A DNA stretch of 64,000 nt, taken from NCBI GenBank assembly GCA_963422735.1, contig OY730476.1:2080001-2144000 (forward strand), written 5' to 3'. Positions 30,556-40,926 of the stretch are shown in pieces (position 1 is the first letter of the stretch; each line of letters opens with the position of its first letter). The position numbers were made by a program, and so were the translations under genes. The notes under the pieces are model-generated. The model did no database searches. It was not told the DNA's origin and worked only from the letters and a program-made list of their open reading frames with translations. The DNA comes from Candidatus Latescibacterota bacterium. Its GTDB lineage: Bacteria > Latescibacterota > UBA2968 > UBA8231.

Positions 30556-30870
30556 ATGAAGACAAACAAAACCGTTTCGCCAGAGGTCGGAACGCGATTG
30601 CTCTTTGAAAATGAGCGGGTGCGGGTTTGGGATCTGCGGTTGGCACCGGGCGAGAGCACAGGTCTGCACCGGCACGAGTACGACTACCTATATGTAGTTA
30701 TCGGCGACGGCCGATTGCAGGCGGCCGATGCAGAGGGAACTCGCAGGGAGGCTAGTGATATGAAGGATGGAGAGGTGCGGTTCAGCGAGATCGAAAGGGG
30801 GGCGGTACACGAGGCGTTTAACGTCGGCGAAGGGCCGTGGCGGAATATTATCGTCGAATTGAAGGACTGA
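30556..30870 (+). CDS. Cupin domain protein
   Basis: LFENERVRVW, PGE...HRH, H.A.NVG, IIVELK. Confidence 0.88.
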   Translation: MKTNKTVSPEVGTRLLFENERVRVWDLRLAPGESTGLHRHEYDYLYVVIGDGRLQAADAEGTRREASDMKDGEVRFSEIERGAVHEAFNVGEGPWRNIIVELKD

Positions 30871-30894
30871 AACCGACTAATCCAAGGAGAGAAT

Positions 30895-31326
30895 ATGAGC
30901 CTGAGAAGACTATTGTGCGGCCCGCTCCCCTCGGCCGGCATTGGCTATTCACTGGGGCTGCTGCTGTTGAGGGCATCCGTAGGCGGCGTGATGTTGCTAG
31001 GCCACGGCTGGGGTAAATTGACCAGCTTTGCTGAGCGTTCCTCCTCGTTCCCCGACCCATTGGGCATTGGATCGTCGCTGAGCATGGCCTTGGCCACCGG
31101 TGCTGAAGCGTTTTGCGCCCTAGCGGTGATTTTGGGATTCGCCACCCGCTGGGCTGTCGTGCCGCTCATGGTCACCATGCTAGTGGCCGCGCTTATCGTA
31201 CACGGGGACGATCCTTGGGCGAAAAAGGAACTCGCCCTATTGTACTTTTTTCCCTTTGCCGCGTTATTTTTAACGGGCGCGGGGCGCTACTCGCTCGACG
31301 CCTTCTTCCGGCGCGGCGCGCGTTGA
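30895..31326 (+). CDS. DoxX family membrane protein
   Basis: LLLLR, HGWGKL, FPDPLGIG, AE, ELALLY, GAGRYSLD. Confidence 0.9.
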   Translation: MSLRRLLCGPLPSAGIGYSLGLLLLRASVGGVMLLGHGWGKLTSFAERSSSFPDPLGIGSSLSMALATGAEAFCALAVILGFATRWAVVPLMVTMLVAALIVHGDDPWAKKELALLYFFPFAALFLTGAGRYSLDAFFRRGAR

Positions 31327-31329
31327 GTC

Positions 31330-32505
31330 CTACAGAATGTCGGGCGACTGCGGATCGACGCAGGCACCGCTGGGGCGTGGTCCCTGTGGCCGCTGCGGCA
31401 TCTGGTCGTAAGACTGGTAAGCGATGTCTAAGTAAGGCGTCTCGACCCGGCGGTGCCTTTCGTAGCGCGAATTCATTGCCGCGTCGATAACCCCGGTCGC
31501 CAGCAGGGTGCGCTCGGGCGGATAAGGGGCCTGACCCGTTTTGAAAAATTGCTGGATGTTGCGGCATAGATAGCCGAAATGGGCAAACGGCCCCCCGTTC
31601 TGCAGGTAGAACTCCGCGGCCTGTACCTGCCCTCCTATCCGCGCGGCATAGGCGAAGTCGCTGACATAGCCGTTGAGCATCAAAGTCGCCGTGCGCAAGC
31701 CATCGCGGTGTTCCATGAGGAAAACTGCTGGCTCTTTGGAATGCTTTTTCATGAGGCCATCCGGCTTTTTGGCAATGGCAGCGCAAGCGGCCTCGGCCAA
31801 CTCTCCGGACCACAGCCCCTCGTCGCGGGCGCGCCACACATCGTCCCCTTCGAGGCACTGCACCCACGCCACCCCCTTCTCGCCGCCGCTCCGCCGCTCG
31901 ATCATGCACTGCAAAGTCTCTAAAGCATGGTACCCGTATGCTTCGATACCGCCGTAGCCGATGGATAGAGCTTCCTCAATGGGCGTCTCCTTGGGGTGCT
32001 CCAGCCAAGGAGAGCGCCAAGCCAAGGGCAGCGACGATCCGGCCATCAGCGGAATGCCCAGTTCTTCAGCCCGATTCCACATCCACTGGGCATCCCCAAA
32101 GTCATACGCGAAGTGCTTATCTGAAAATACGGGCACTGAGCGGCCGCTCTCGGCAAAGACGCCAGCGATTTGCTCAAAGAAATAGCGGCGCGGGTACATG
32201 TGGCGGCCCCGCTCGTTCCAAGGGTAATCGCCGTGCTCACCGATGAGCAGCACCGCATCTACATTGAGCCGATCGGCACCAGCGTGCAGGGCGCGGCGGA
32301 TGCTGGGGTAGATGGGGACCCCACGCTCTTGGGCCAAGCCCACGCCGATATCGTTTTCCAGCACATGGTCAATGTACAAGGATACTAGGTCCACTTCTGG
32401 CGGCATCAGGCCCTCATCCGTGGACATGCCCTTCATAAACTTGGTGGCAATGACGTCGGCATGCGACTTGGGATAGTAGATGGTAGCGATGACGGCTACT
32501 CTCAT
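31330..32505 (-). CDS. Conserved hypothetical protein (Gfo/Idh/MocA-like oxidoreductase fold)
   Basis: SHADVI, DAVLLIGEHGDYP, PVFSDKH, MAGSSLP, YGYHALE, PYPPERTLL. Confidence 0.75.
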   Translation of the reverse strand: MRVAVIATIYYPKSHADVIATKFMKGMSTDEGLMPPEVDLVSLYIDHVLENDIGVGLAQERGVPIYPSIRRALHAGADRLNVDAVLLIGEHGDYPWNERGRHMYPRRYFFEQIAGVFAESGRSVPVFSDKHFAYDFGDAQWMWNRAEELGIPLMAGSSLPLAWRSPWLEHPKETPIEEALSIGYGGIEAYGYHALETLQCMIERRSGGEKGVAWVQCLEGDDVWRARDEGLWSGELAEAACAAIAKKPDGLMKKHSKEPAVFLMEHRDGLRTATLMLNGYVSDFAYAARIGGQVQAAEFYLQNGGPFAHFGYLCRNIQQFFKTGQAPYPPERTLLATGVIDAAMNSRYERHRRVETPYLDIAYQSYDQMPQRPQGPRPSGACVDPQSPDIL

Positions 32506-32616
32506 GGCAAAGCTCCTATAGCAAAGACGGCACTTGCTCCTGTGCGCCGAAGACAGTGGAAGGTGGTATAACTATAATGTCTTGGTAGCGTGCTGCCATG
32601 CCTAGCCGAAAAACGC

Positions 32617-33435
32617 TCAGGCTGCCCAGCATCCTTCCGCATAAGGCTCGCGGAGAAAGAGTCTTTTGCGTGTGGGATTGGCGCGTGCAATCCACTCGGG
32701 CGGAATCTCCTGAGTGTAGCGATGCGGCGGCCCGGCTTCTTTGAAGATGTCGATGTTGAAGATGCGATAGGGCTGGGGGGAATCCGCGGGTTTGGCCTCG
32801 ACGGCGTGGAAGATCCGGGCGTTGATATAGACCATGCTGCCCGGCGGCACGGTGAGTCGCACCTCTTTTAGCTCGCGCCCGGCCTCTGCGTCGTATGCCC
32901 CGGCCAGCATGCGCTCAGGCGTGGCCTCTGCAGTCGGGGCGACGAGGTGGCTGCCGGGAATGACCTTGAGGTTGCGGTCGCCGAGTGTGAAGCCATTGGG
33001 ATAGTAGAGGATTTGGATGTAGTACTTGTCGCGCTCGGCGAGGTTGATGGGGTTTTCGTGCTTCCAGTGGTGGTGATCTTGATGGTAGGGAATGGGACCT
33101 GCGCCGCGCGGGGCGAGGTTGAGAGCGGAGTGGCAGAAGTGGTAGCTTGGGCCGATGGTGGCTTGCAGCAGCGCCGAGACAAAGGGGTCGTCGATGAGGC
33201 GGTCGCCGCACGGGCCGCGGTCGTTCCAAGGGCGGACGAAGTAGGATTGGGGTGGGCCGAGTTTTTCGTCCAAGGCGTCGAGATAGTGACGGACCGAGGC
33301 GAGGCCGAGGATTTCGTTGGTTAGGCTGTGCTGGACCTCGTCCTTGAGTACATCCGGGTAGAAGATATAGCCATCTCGGTGGAAGGATTCCAAGTCGGCT
33401 GCCGAGGGGGCTTGGCAGCGGAACAGTGAGTTCAA
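32617..33435 (-). CDS. PhyH family Fe(II)/2OG oxygenase
   Basis: FHRDGY, YHQD, VIPGSH, IFHAV; TTG start. Confidence 0.85.
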   Translation of the reverse strand: MNSLFRCQAPSAADLESFHRDGYIFYPDVLKDEVQHSLTNEILGLASVRHYLDALDEKLGPPQSYFVRPWNDRGPCGDRLIDDPFVSALLQATIGPSYHFCHSALNLAPRGAGPIPYHQDHHHWKHENPINLAERDKYYIQILYYPNGFTLGDRNLKVIPGSHLVAPTAEATPERMLAGAYDAEAGRELKEVRLTVPPGSMVYINARIFHAVEAKPADSPQPYRIFNIDIFKEAGPPHRYTQEIPPEWIARANPTRKRLFLREPYAEGCWAA

Positions 33436-33588
33436 GGCGACCTCGTTGCTTTATTTATCAATGATAGTGTGCTGTGCGGTCTCTCGCAACCTATCCTTGT
33501 GCTGATTGCTGCGAGGATTCCTTGATGAATTCTGCCTATTAAAGCCTTGACAGAGGCGCATTCTTCGTCCAATGTTAGGGATAAAAGC

Positions 33589-33604
33589 CATATTAGCTAA
33601 TATG
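33589..33604. promoter_or_regulatory. Perfect 16-bp palindrome, likely operator
   Basis: CATATTAGCTAATATG between TTGACA (33547) and the AGGAG RBS of the Phd/YefM gene. Confidence 0.65.
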
Positions 33605-33627
33605 AATAAATCAGGAGATGCGCCCGT

Positions 33628-33885
33628 ATGGAAACAAAAGTCATAACATCGACTAAAGCGCAAAATAACTTTGGTCAGATAATAGACTCGGTTGTTCAAG
33701 ATCGAACTCGGTACGTTGTCAAGCGGCGCAATGTATCGCAGGCAATCATAATGAGTTTAGTGGATTTTAGCCAGTTGTTGGAGAACTCATCTGACAGACA
33801 GAAGATGAGCGATATGATTGGCGAATTGGCACCCGTTTACAGTCTTGGCGAAACAATAGACTCTTCTGTTGAAGATAAGGTTTAG
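33628..33885 (+). CDS. Phd/YefM-family antitoxin-like protein (no adjacent toxin)
   Basis: ITSTKAQNNFGQIIDSV...YVVKRRN...AIIMS is the Phd N-terminal signature. Confidence 0.85.
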   Translation: METKVITSTKAQNNFGQIIDSVVQDRTRYVVKRRNVSQAIIMSLVDFSQLLENSSDRQKMSDMIGELAPVYSLGETIDSSVEDKV

Positions 33886-33910
33886 GCCCAAAATTGAGAA
33901 AGGTAAAGAA

Positions 33911-35175
33911 ATGGTATATGCAGTGCAAAATAAAACTGGGGAAGAATTAAATCGAATTTACGCAGAAGATTTGCCTGTCCACGAATGGTATCGGTTTGTT
34001 CTTTGTATCACTTGTTCTTGGACCCATTTTGTGGTACAGGAACAACCATAGTTGAGTGCAAAAAGAATGGTATTCCAAGTGCCGGCTTAGAGGCGACTCC
34101 CGTGGTGCAGTTTTTCGCTCAAACTAAGGTACTATGGGATATAGATCCCGATAAGCTGGTTAGACATGCTAGGGGTATTGCTAAAGAAGTAGAAACTCAG
34201 TTAAAAAAAGAAGGTATCGAAGACGATCCTATTTTTAAGTCCTACATTAACGGCAAAGAGGTGAATCTAAAACTCTTAGACCCCGAATTAGAATCGTTAC
34301 TCATCAAAAACTCCATAAGCCCTAAACCGCTCCATAAAGCTCTTACACTCATAAATAACCTAAATAAAAATTCAGATGAATGTCTAATTGCACATGGAAG
34401 GTTAGCACTTGCAAAACAGCTAGTTTACAATATCAGTAATTTGCGTTTTGGTCCAGAAGTTGGAGTTGGAAAACCGAAAGAAGATGCTCCGGTTATTGCA
34501 CCTTGGTTAAAGGGCATAAAAGACATGGCTAACGATTTATGCCATACCCAGATTAAGTGCTACAAAGATGTACCATCGCTAGTAAAACTTACGGACTCTC
34601 GCAGCATAGATCCCTGCTTAGAGCCTTTGATGTTTGATGCAGTTATAACATCACCTCCATATCCCAATGAAAAAGATTATACGAGAACGACTCGTCTTGA
34701 ATCTGTTTTACTTGGTTATATAAATAATCGTGCTGATTTGCGTCGACAAAAGCAGAGATTGCTTCGATCCAATACTAGAGCAGTGTATAAAACAGATATA
34801 GACGAGTGCTGGATTGAGGATAATGAACGGATACAAGAGTTAGCGGATCGAATAGAGGCTCATCGGATAGAGCTGGGGAAAACGTCGGGGTTTGAAAAAC
34901 TCTATGCTCGAGTAGTGAGATTGTATTTTGGAGGTATGGCGCGCCACTTAGAAGAATTAAAACGAGTTTTAGCACCGGGTGCCCAGCTCGCTTATGTCGT
35001 CGGGGATCAGGCTTCTTTCTTCAGGGTTTTAATCCGTACGGGAGAGCTTCTAGCAAGTATAGCGGAAGAACTTGGCTATGAAGTAACGGACATCGATCTA
35101 TTTCGTACGCGATTCTCTACTGCGACGCAAGAGCATTTACGCGAAGAGGTCGTTCTTTTGCGATGGAACAGTTAG
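33911..35175 (+). pseudogene. Amino (N4-C/N6-A) DNA methyltransferase with deletion/frameshift near the 5' end
   Basis: Frame 1 ...VHEWYRFVL, then a shift to LDPFCGTGTT (motif I) ... ITSPPY (motif IV); AT-rich. Confidence 0.85.
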
Positions 35176-35976
35176 TTACCACTTAGGAGGCTTGGGAACC
35201 AATCTATATCGAGCTTTATTGACAACTGAAGAGGCTACGAGTTTTGAGTTTAGCTGCAACACGTCGTTTGAGTCGCACTTGGAAAACTCTGCGAGGAATA
35301 TATCCCCATTGTCTTCTAGTTTCACTCCTAATGGAATTACAAAACCCATATCATCTTCCATAAGTCGTTGCAAAGTTGCAGCAGTTATCTCCACGATCTG
35401 ATTTAGAGTAAGTACATCGTTCCCTTTGGATTTTGCCTCACAGGGAATCGGTATTAGGCGGTTTCCTTCTTTCATTATGAAAAAGCAATCTAGTTCATGA
35501 GGCTGAACTTTTACTGGAGCTTGGACATGCGTTATCGTTCCTTGGGGAACGCCAAAAAAGTCGTCGAGAACTCCTCCATACTCTATAGCGGTTAGGGACG
35601 CAAGAGGTCAAGTATATAAGAGGGGATTTCAATATGAATGGGTTTAGCTGCTAAATTTGGGGGACAAGCTATAGAGATTATCCCTGCTGAAGGACCGCTG
35701 TCTCGAAAAAATATGCCCATTGAACCGCTTATGAGTTCCTTCTCGCAAAAAATAACCTGCTTGCCTAGCAGATGGGCTTCTAGCGTCTGAGTTTCCCGAC
35801 CGAGTAAGATCTTTCACAAAGTTGTTCAGGTTCAATGGAACGTTCCCACCTGTTGCGATAATCGCATCTCTCACTTCATCGCGTGTAAACGGTATTTCCG
35901 GTTGCGGATTGTCGGAGTCGTATTTCCGGTCAAATATATGTTCAAGTGCTGCGGGTTTATTGTAATCGCTTCTCAT
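35176..35976 (-). pseudogene. PD-(D/E)xK restriction endonuclease-like gene, fragmented
   Basis: Convergent with the MTase; pieces MRSDYNKPAALEHIF..., IEIPSYILDLLRP, IEYGGVLDDFF...PHELDCFF...IPCEAKSK separated by frameshifts. Confidence 0.65.
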
Positions 35977-35994
35977 ATATAGATTGTATCTCCT

Positions 35995-37260
35995 TCATAC
36001 TGCCGGCGGGTTTTCCTCTTGTCCAAAGGAGGGAGGCGCGAAGACGGCCCGCCAGCCCAGCCTGTTTAGACGCAAGTAATAAGAGGCCGTTAGCACGCCC
36101 CATAGCGCATACGCGAGCGAAGTAGATAGGGCGGCACCGCGCAGGCCCAGCTTGGGGATCAACAATAGGTTCAGGGCCACGTTGGCCGCCAAAGCGAGTC
36201 CCGGTGTCCAGAGGGTCATGGAGGGGTAGCCCTCGCCCATTAGCTTGGCGTTAAACACAGCCCCGCAGCCCAAAAACAACATGCCGGGCAGCAGCCAAAC
36301 AAGAGGCTCGTACGCATCTGGATACAAAGGAAAGAAAACGCTCAGAAGTAGGCGTCCGCCGAAGATTAAGACAACCGCCGAAAGCAGGGAAAAGACAAAG
36401 ATGCCTTGGGCCACGCCCAAAGAGAGCCGCGTGTCGTCTTGCCCGCGCACTATTTTGGCGAGCAGGAGAACCGAGGCAATGTTGGCGACGCGCTGCATCA
36501 TGTCCGTAAAGTTCGTCGCCACCCCGTACACGCCCACCGCCTCCTCACCCAAAAATCGATTTATTAAAAAGAGGTCGCTCTTGAGTAGCAAAAAGATGAG
36601 TACTAAGCATATCTCGCCACGAGAACCAATGCGAAACATTTGTCCGAGCGAGTGTTTCCCTCCCCACCGAAAGCGAAATTCCCGGTACAAGAATGGGGCA
36701 AAAGCCGCCAAGGCCGTTGTTCCTACCGCCCCGACCCACACCCCCATCACCCGTTCCAACTCGAGAAGCCCTAGCCGGGAAAGGACTATGTTGCCGCCGA
36801 GATAGATGGCGATGAAGACTACGGGTAGCAGTGCATAGGGCTTGAGCCGATCTTCGCCTAACAAGACGGAGAAACCCGCCCTTTGTAGCACGGTGAACGC
36901 AATCACGCAAACGCCGAAGACCCATTGGACCAAGGTAATACTGGGTACAAAGACCTTTGCAAGTGCCAAGCTAAAAGGGGCCGTCAGCAATAGGAGGGCA
37001 CCCAAGACGAGGCAATACAACAAGGTGTGGTTGATCGCGTCCTCCCGCGCTCGCTCGCGTCCCACGACGTAAATGTTCCCCTTGCTGAGCCACTCCCCCA
37101 GGAACAGGACGCCCAGCATGACGAGCGCAGTCCATAGCTTTAGGGTGCCATAGCGCTCCGGTCCTAGCTGATCGGCTAGCAAGACCGAGTTCACAAAGCC
37201 CAAAGAAAATACCAAGAAGGAGCAGGCTGTGTTGAGCGAGAAGCCGCGAAAAAAGTTCAT
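35995..37260 (-). CDS. Oligosaccharide flippase (Wzx/MATE-like)
   Basis: LGPERYG, D.FLINRFLG..AVGVYGVA, LNLLLIP.LGLRGAALSTS; 12 or more TM segments. Confidence 0.88.
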   Translation of the reverse strand: MNFFRGFSLNTACSFLVFSLGFVNSVLLADQLGPERYGTLKLWTALVMLGVLFLGEWLSKGNIYVVGRERAREDAINHTLLYCLVLGALLLLTAPFSLALAKVFVPSITLVQWVFGVCVIAFTVLQRAGFSVLLGEDRLKPYALLPVVFIAIYLGGNIVLSRLGLLELERVMGVWVGAVGTTALAAFAPFLYREFRFRWGGKHSLGQMFRIGSRGEICLVLIFLLLKSDLFLINRFLGEEAVGVYGVATNFTDMMQRVANIASVLLLAKIVRGQDDTRLSLGVAQGIFVFSLLSAVVLIFGGRLLLSVFFPLYPDAYEPLVWLLPGMLFLGCGAVFNAKLMGEGYPSMTLWTPGLALAANVALNLLLIPKLGLRGAALSTSLAYALWGVLTASYYLRLNRLGWRAVFAPPSFGQEENPPAV

Positions 37261-37329
37261 TGAAATGGATGGAGGGTACTAAAGCGGCGACAGAGATGGC
37301 CGATGCTTACCAAATGAATATCCGAGGCA

Positions 37330-37706
37330 TGGCGAAGCATCGTCGCCGAAGGCCCCTTCCTGTGGGATGGTTTCAAAGACCCAATTTTGTGCTCCAGTTC
37401 AGACGACATAAAGCTCATCTACTCCGCTCCGCCGCAATAGGCGGACAGAAACTCAAAAGTCGTTTGCTCCGGTGCCGGTTCGGGCAACCCACGGCTCGCG
37501 CAGTCAATGGCGACCCAATCGGTTTCTACTAAGATGGCGTCGTTCATCTGTTGTAGTGTCTTGCAGGCTGGCCGCCCAGCGCTGTTGCCCAGCGTCGGTC
37601 GGGATGCCCTCCCAGCCCAGTAGCCTTCTCGCGGTCGAAGGCGGCTAGGACTTCGGGGCGCAAGAGGTCGTCAGGCGGCTGGAGTGGGGTTTTGGGATGC
37701 TTTCAT
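37330..37706 (-). pseudogene. Degraded N-terminal part of a PhyH-like gene
   Basis: Frameshifted pieces PLQPPDDLLRPEVLAAFDR / GYW.WEGI.TDAGQQRWAASLQ / LQQMNDAILVETDW, followed by a stop. Confidence 0.5.
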
Positions 37707-37723
37707 AGATAGTCTTGGGCAGT

Positions 37724-37757
37724 TAAAACCCCGCGCCTTTTCGACGACGCGGGGTTC
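37724..37757 (-). terminator. Intrinsic terminator after the cyclase gene
   Basis: AACCCCGCG/CGCGGGGTT stem with a T-run on the minus strand just past the stop at 37770. Confidence 0.7.
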
Positions 37758-37769
37758 TCCATTTCCAGC

Positions 37770-38747
37770 TCAGCGGATGGCGATCGGCCGTCCCGGCGAT
37801 CCAGTGCCGCCTTTAAAGCGGGTCGGCGTGAATATGAAGAGGAACTCGTACACCTCGTCGGCTAGCACTTCTTCAAAGGCCATGTTCTCCAGGTTGAAGA
37901 TGCCGTTTTTGGTGATGAGTTCCTGGTGGACCGGGAAGGCCTGTTTGGGATCGGGGCCGGGTACGACTTCGGTGGTCCACTGGTCCGAGCCGATCATCGA
38001 GGGTTTCATGGAGATGATCCACTCGCTGGCCTCCATGCCGATGCCGGGCGGGTTAGTGTTATAGGTTTCAGGGTCCTTCCACAGCTTGGACCAGCCGTAA
38101 TTGAAGAGCAGGGCATCGCCCTCTTGGATACTGCTTTCGGCGATTCCTTGCTTTTCGAGTGCGCCGCGAATATCGGCGACGGTGACCTCATAGCTGTGAT
38201 CGAGGTGATCGACGCCCTTGTAGCCAGCAATGTCGATGAGCACGCCGCGGGTGACAAAGGAGCGCACGTGTTCAATGCCCAGCTTGGTGACGCCATACGC
38301 TCCGGCCATTTCATCGGCAGTAACGCCGTTGTAGAACACGTCTTGGGTCGAGCCGTCGGCCATGCTCATGCGCGTACCAATATGAGACAGCCCGTCGAAC
38401 TGAGTGCCTACTTGGCCGATCTCGGCGCAGAGGAACTCGTCGTGGTACATCAGCATGTTGTTCTCGCCGAAGGGGCCGCCGGTGGGCGAGCCGGGGATGA
38501 ACATCGCATACGTGCGCTCGCCAAACAGCGGCATACCGCGCTCGTATATCTGGCCTAGTTCGTACATCTTGCCGGTCTTGATTAGCTGTACGGCCTTGAG
38601 GATGGTTTCGGCGGTGATGCGGTTGGATGCGCCGGCTTGGTCGTCAGCTCCCCACTCCGAGGGCCACCAAGGCCCTTGTTCGCGAGTCTGGGAAAAGCAC
38701 GGCAGAAAGAGGGCGAGCATTAGGATCGCCGAAGTGAGCGATTTCAT
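37770..38747 (-). CDS. Secreted cyclase family (kynurenine formamidase-like) metal hydrolase
   Basis: Signal peptide; WGADDQAG, QVGTQFDGLSH, TRGVLID, GDALL, FPVH, LEN, GSPGRPIAIR. Confidence 0.88.
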   Translation of the reverse strand: MKSLTSAILMLALFLPCFSQTREQGPWWPSEWGADDQAGASNRITAETILKAVQLIKTGKMYELGQIYERGMPLFGERTYAMFIPGSPTGGPFGENNMLMYHDEFLCAEIGQVGTQFDGLSHIGTRMSMADGSTQDVFYNGVTADEMAGAYGVTKLGIEHVRSFVTRGVLIDIAGYKGVDHLDHSYEVTVADIRGALEKQGIAESSIQEGDALLFNYGWSKLWKDPETYNTNPPGIGMEASEWIISMKPSMIGSDQWTTEVVPGPDPKQAFPVHQELITKNGIFNLENMAFEEVLADEVYEFLFIFTPTRFKGGTGSPGRPIAIR

Positions 38748-38820
38748 GAGTTTCTCCTTGATAAATGGGTCGCGGGAATGCAACGCGATGGTATAAAGAA
38801 ATTGAGGCCCTGAATCAAGC

Positions 38821-39273
38821 TCAGACGAACTTGACTACCACCAAGAGCACGATGACGATCACCAACGCGGTGGGCACTTCGTTGAGGCAGCGGAAAAATT
38901 GCTCGCTCTTTTGGTTCTCACCACGCGCAAAAGCCTTGCGGTAGGAGGAGAGCATACCGTGGACGGCACCCATGGCAAGCACTAGCACCAACTTGATATG
39001 CATCCAGTAGCCAGTGCCGGGCGCGCCGGCCCCAGTGGCGAGGATGAGCAGGATGCCGGTAATAAAAGAGACGATCATCGCCGGATTCATAATCACCCTC
39101 AGCAACTTGCGCTCCATGACCTTGAAGGTCTCGTCGGCTTCGGAGCCAAGGGTAACTTGGCAGTGATAAACATAGAGGCGCGGCAGATAAAACATGCCGG
39201 CCATCCACGCGATGACGAAGATGATGTGGATAGCTTTGAGCCACAGGTAGTACTCACTTGCAAATGCACTCAT
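38821..39273 (-). CDS. hemJ: Protoporphyrinogen oxidase HemJ
   Basis: YLWLKAIHIIFVIAWMAGMFYLPRLYVYH, MERKLLRVIMNPAM, FFR.LNEVPT. Confidence 0.95.
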   Translation of the reverse strand: MSAFASEYYLWLKAIHIIFVIAWMAGMFYLPRLYVYHCQVTLGSEADETFKVMERKLLRVIMNPAMIVSFITGILLILATGAGAPGTGYWMHIKLVLVLAMGAVHGMLSSYRKAFARGENQKSEQFFRCLNEVPTALVIVIVLLVVVKFV

Positions 39274-39299
39274 AGGGAGGAACTCCTCTACGCGGAGAC

Positions 39300-39941
39300 T
39301 CAGTAGGTGCGCGTCGTTGCCAGCGCAGCTTCGTGGAGAGCGTTGACCGTCTCGGCGTCTAGGTCAATGTCGATGTTGGGAATGGACTTGGACCGGCCGA
39401 TAAAGAGCGTCGCGTAAAATGCGCAAGCCGCCAAATAGGATCCGGCGAGGTTGGGATGGCTTTGGTCCTTGTCGTGGAGGACAATATCGGGATGGGCCGC
39501 TAAGCAATCGCGCCAAGCTAGCCCCACGGGCACGACGGTTGCGCCGATCTCGCGCCCCACTTCGGTGTAGGTATCGCTCAAATCGGCTTGGGTCTCAAAA
39601 GCGTTTTGTCGCGCCCAAGTCATATAGAGTACCGTCTGCGCCTTTGCCGATTTAATTATGGCATCGAACTCGCGGATGTTTTCTCCGGTGCGCTTGGGGT
39701 TTTTCACCGGCAGGGTACTTTGCTCCTGCAATACGACATAATCCCAGCGGGATGCCCGCAAGCGCTCTTGCGCCTCGCCTTTGTTCAAGTGGGTCCTGAG
39801 CGAGGCCCCGCCGCCGCTGATGAGTTCGCATTCCAACTCGCCCTTGCCGCCGGCAAAGACGAATTGGGCTATGAGACCGGGCAGATCGTTGCGCGCGGTG
39901 AAGCTGTTGCCGATGAAAAGGATGCGGGTGATATTGGCCAT
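39300..39941 (-). CDS. SGNH/GDSL-like hydrolase (DUF4886-like)
   Basis: ILFIGNSFT, WDYVVLQEQS, PVGLAW, D.SHP..GSYLAA. Confidence 0.88.
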   Translation of the reverse strand: MANITRILFIGNSFTARNDLPGLIAQFVFAGGKGELECELISGGGASLRTHLNKGEAQERLRASRWDYVVLQEQSTLPVKNPKRTGENIREFDAIIKSAKAQTVLYMTWARQNAFETQADLSDTYTEVGREIGATVVPVGLAWRDCLAAHPDIVLHDKDQSHPNLAGSYLAACAFYATLFIGRSKSIPNIDIDLDAETVNALHEAALATTRTY

Positions 39942-40091
39942 AGCCAGTCTTCAGTTTGGGTTGAGGAGTGCCTTGCTCAACATAAACACCGCTTCGCCTC
40001 GCGCCAAGTTGCGATCCCAATGGCCTCGTATTCGGTACGCAGGACCTCGATGGCGGCGATTTTCATGCAGTCTAATATGGGAGAAATTCAG

Positions 40092-40859
40092 ATGGGACAA
40101 ACTGTCGAGCAGTACGAGCGAGACGGGTATTGTATCGCGGATGAGCAGATCGCGCCGGACGATGTGTTGGAAAAGGCGTTGCAGGGGATGGTGGCGGTGC
40201 GCGATGGGGTGTCCGATATGGGGCTGCCGCCGACCGAGCATCCTGGGTATGATCCAGAAGTGTTGTGCAAGATCAATAATCCGCATCGGTCGGATACGGG
40301 ACTCTATGGATTGGTGACCTGTCCACAAGTGGGGCGCAAAGTTGCCGAGGTGACGGGCGCACAGCGGATACAGGTGTGGGCGAGCCAGTTGCTGATTAAG
40401 CCGCCGGGGTCGGCGGCCGCAGGGCACGTCGGCTGGCATCAAGACCGGCAGTACTGGCCGATGTGGCAGCAAGACGAAGGGCTTTTTACGGCGTGGATCG
40501 CGCTGTGCGATGTGGGAGAGCAGTCGGGGCCGATGCGCTTCGTGCGGAGGTCGCACCGTTGGGGCTTTTTGAATCAGGGCAATTTCTTCGACAAGGACCA
40601 GCACAAGCTGCGGGAGGGTATCGCGGTGCCGGCGGGCGAGACTTGGGAGGAAGTGCCGGCGCTGATGCCCTTAGGCGGGCTTAGCGTCCACCACTGCCTG
40701 ACCTACCATGGCTCCAACGCCAATGTCTCGGATGCGGCGCGCTGGAGCTTGGCCGTGCATTTGCGCGACGAAAGGGCCGTGCCGGTGCCCGGCGACCAGA
40801 GCTACTACACCGCGCATTTGGAGGATCCCCAGATTTGTCCGGTCATGTATGAAGCCTAG
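40092..40859 (+). CDS. PhyH family Fe(II)/2OG oxygenase
   Basis: YERDGY, KPP, GWHQD..YW, TAWIAL, TYHGS.N. Confidence 0.9.
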   Translation: MGQTVEQYERDGYCIADEQIAPDDVLEKALQGMVAVRDGVSDMGLPPTEHPGYDPEVLCKINNPHRSDTGLYGLVTCPQVGRKVAEVTGAQRIQVWASQLLIKPPGSAAAGHVGWHQDRQYWPMWQQDEGLFTAWIALCDVGEQSGPMRFVRRSHRWGFLNQGNFFDKDQHKLREGIAVPAGETWEEVPALMPLGGLSVHHCLTYHGSNANVSDAARWSLAVHLRDERAVPVPGDQSYYTAHLEDPQICPVMYEA

Positions 40860-40926
40860 CCGCAAGAAGGGAATCTGGGGCACCTGCTGGCCGCATTTGG
40901 CGGCCCTGTACGCTCAAGGTACATTT

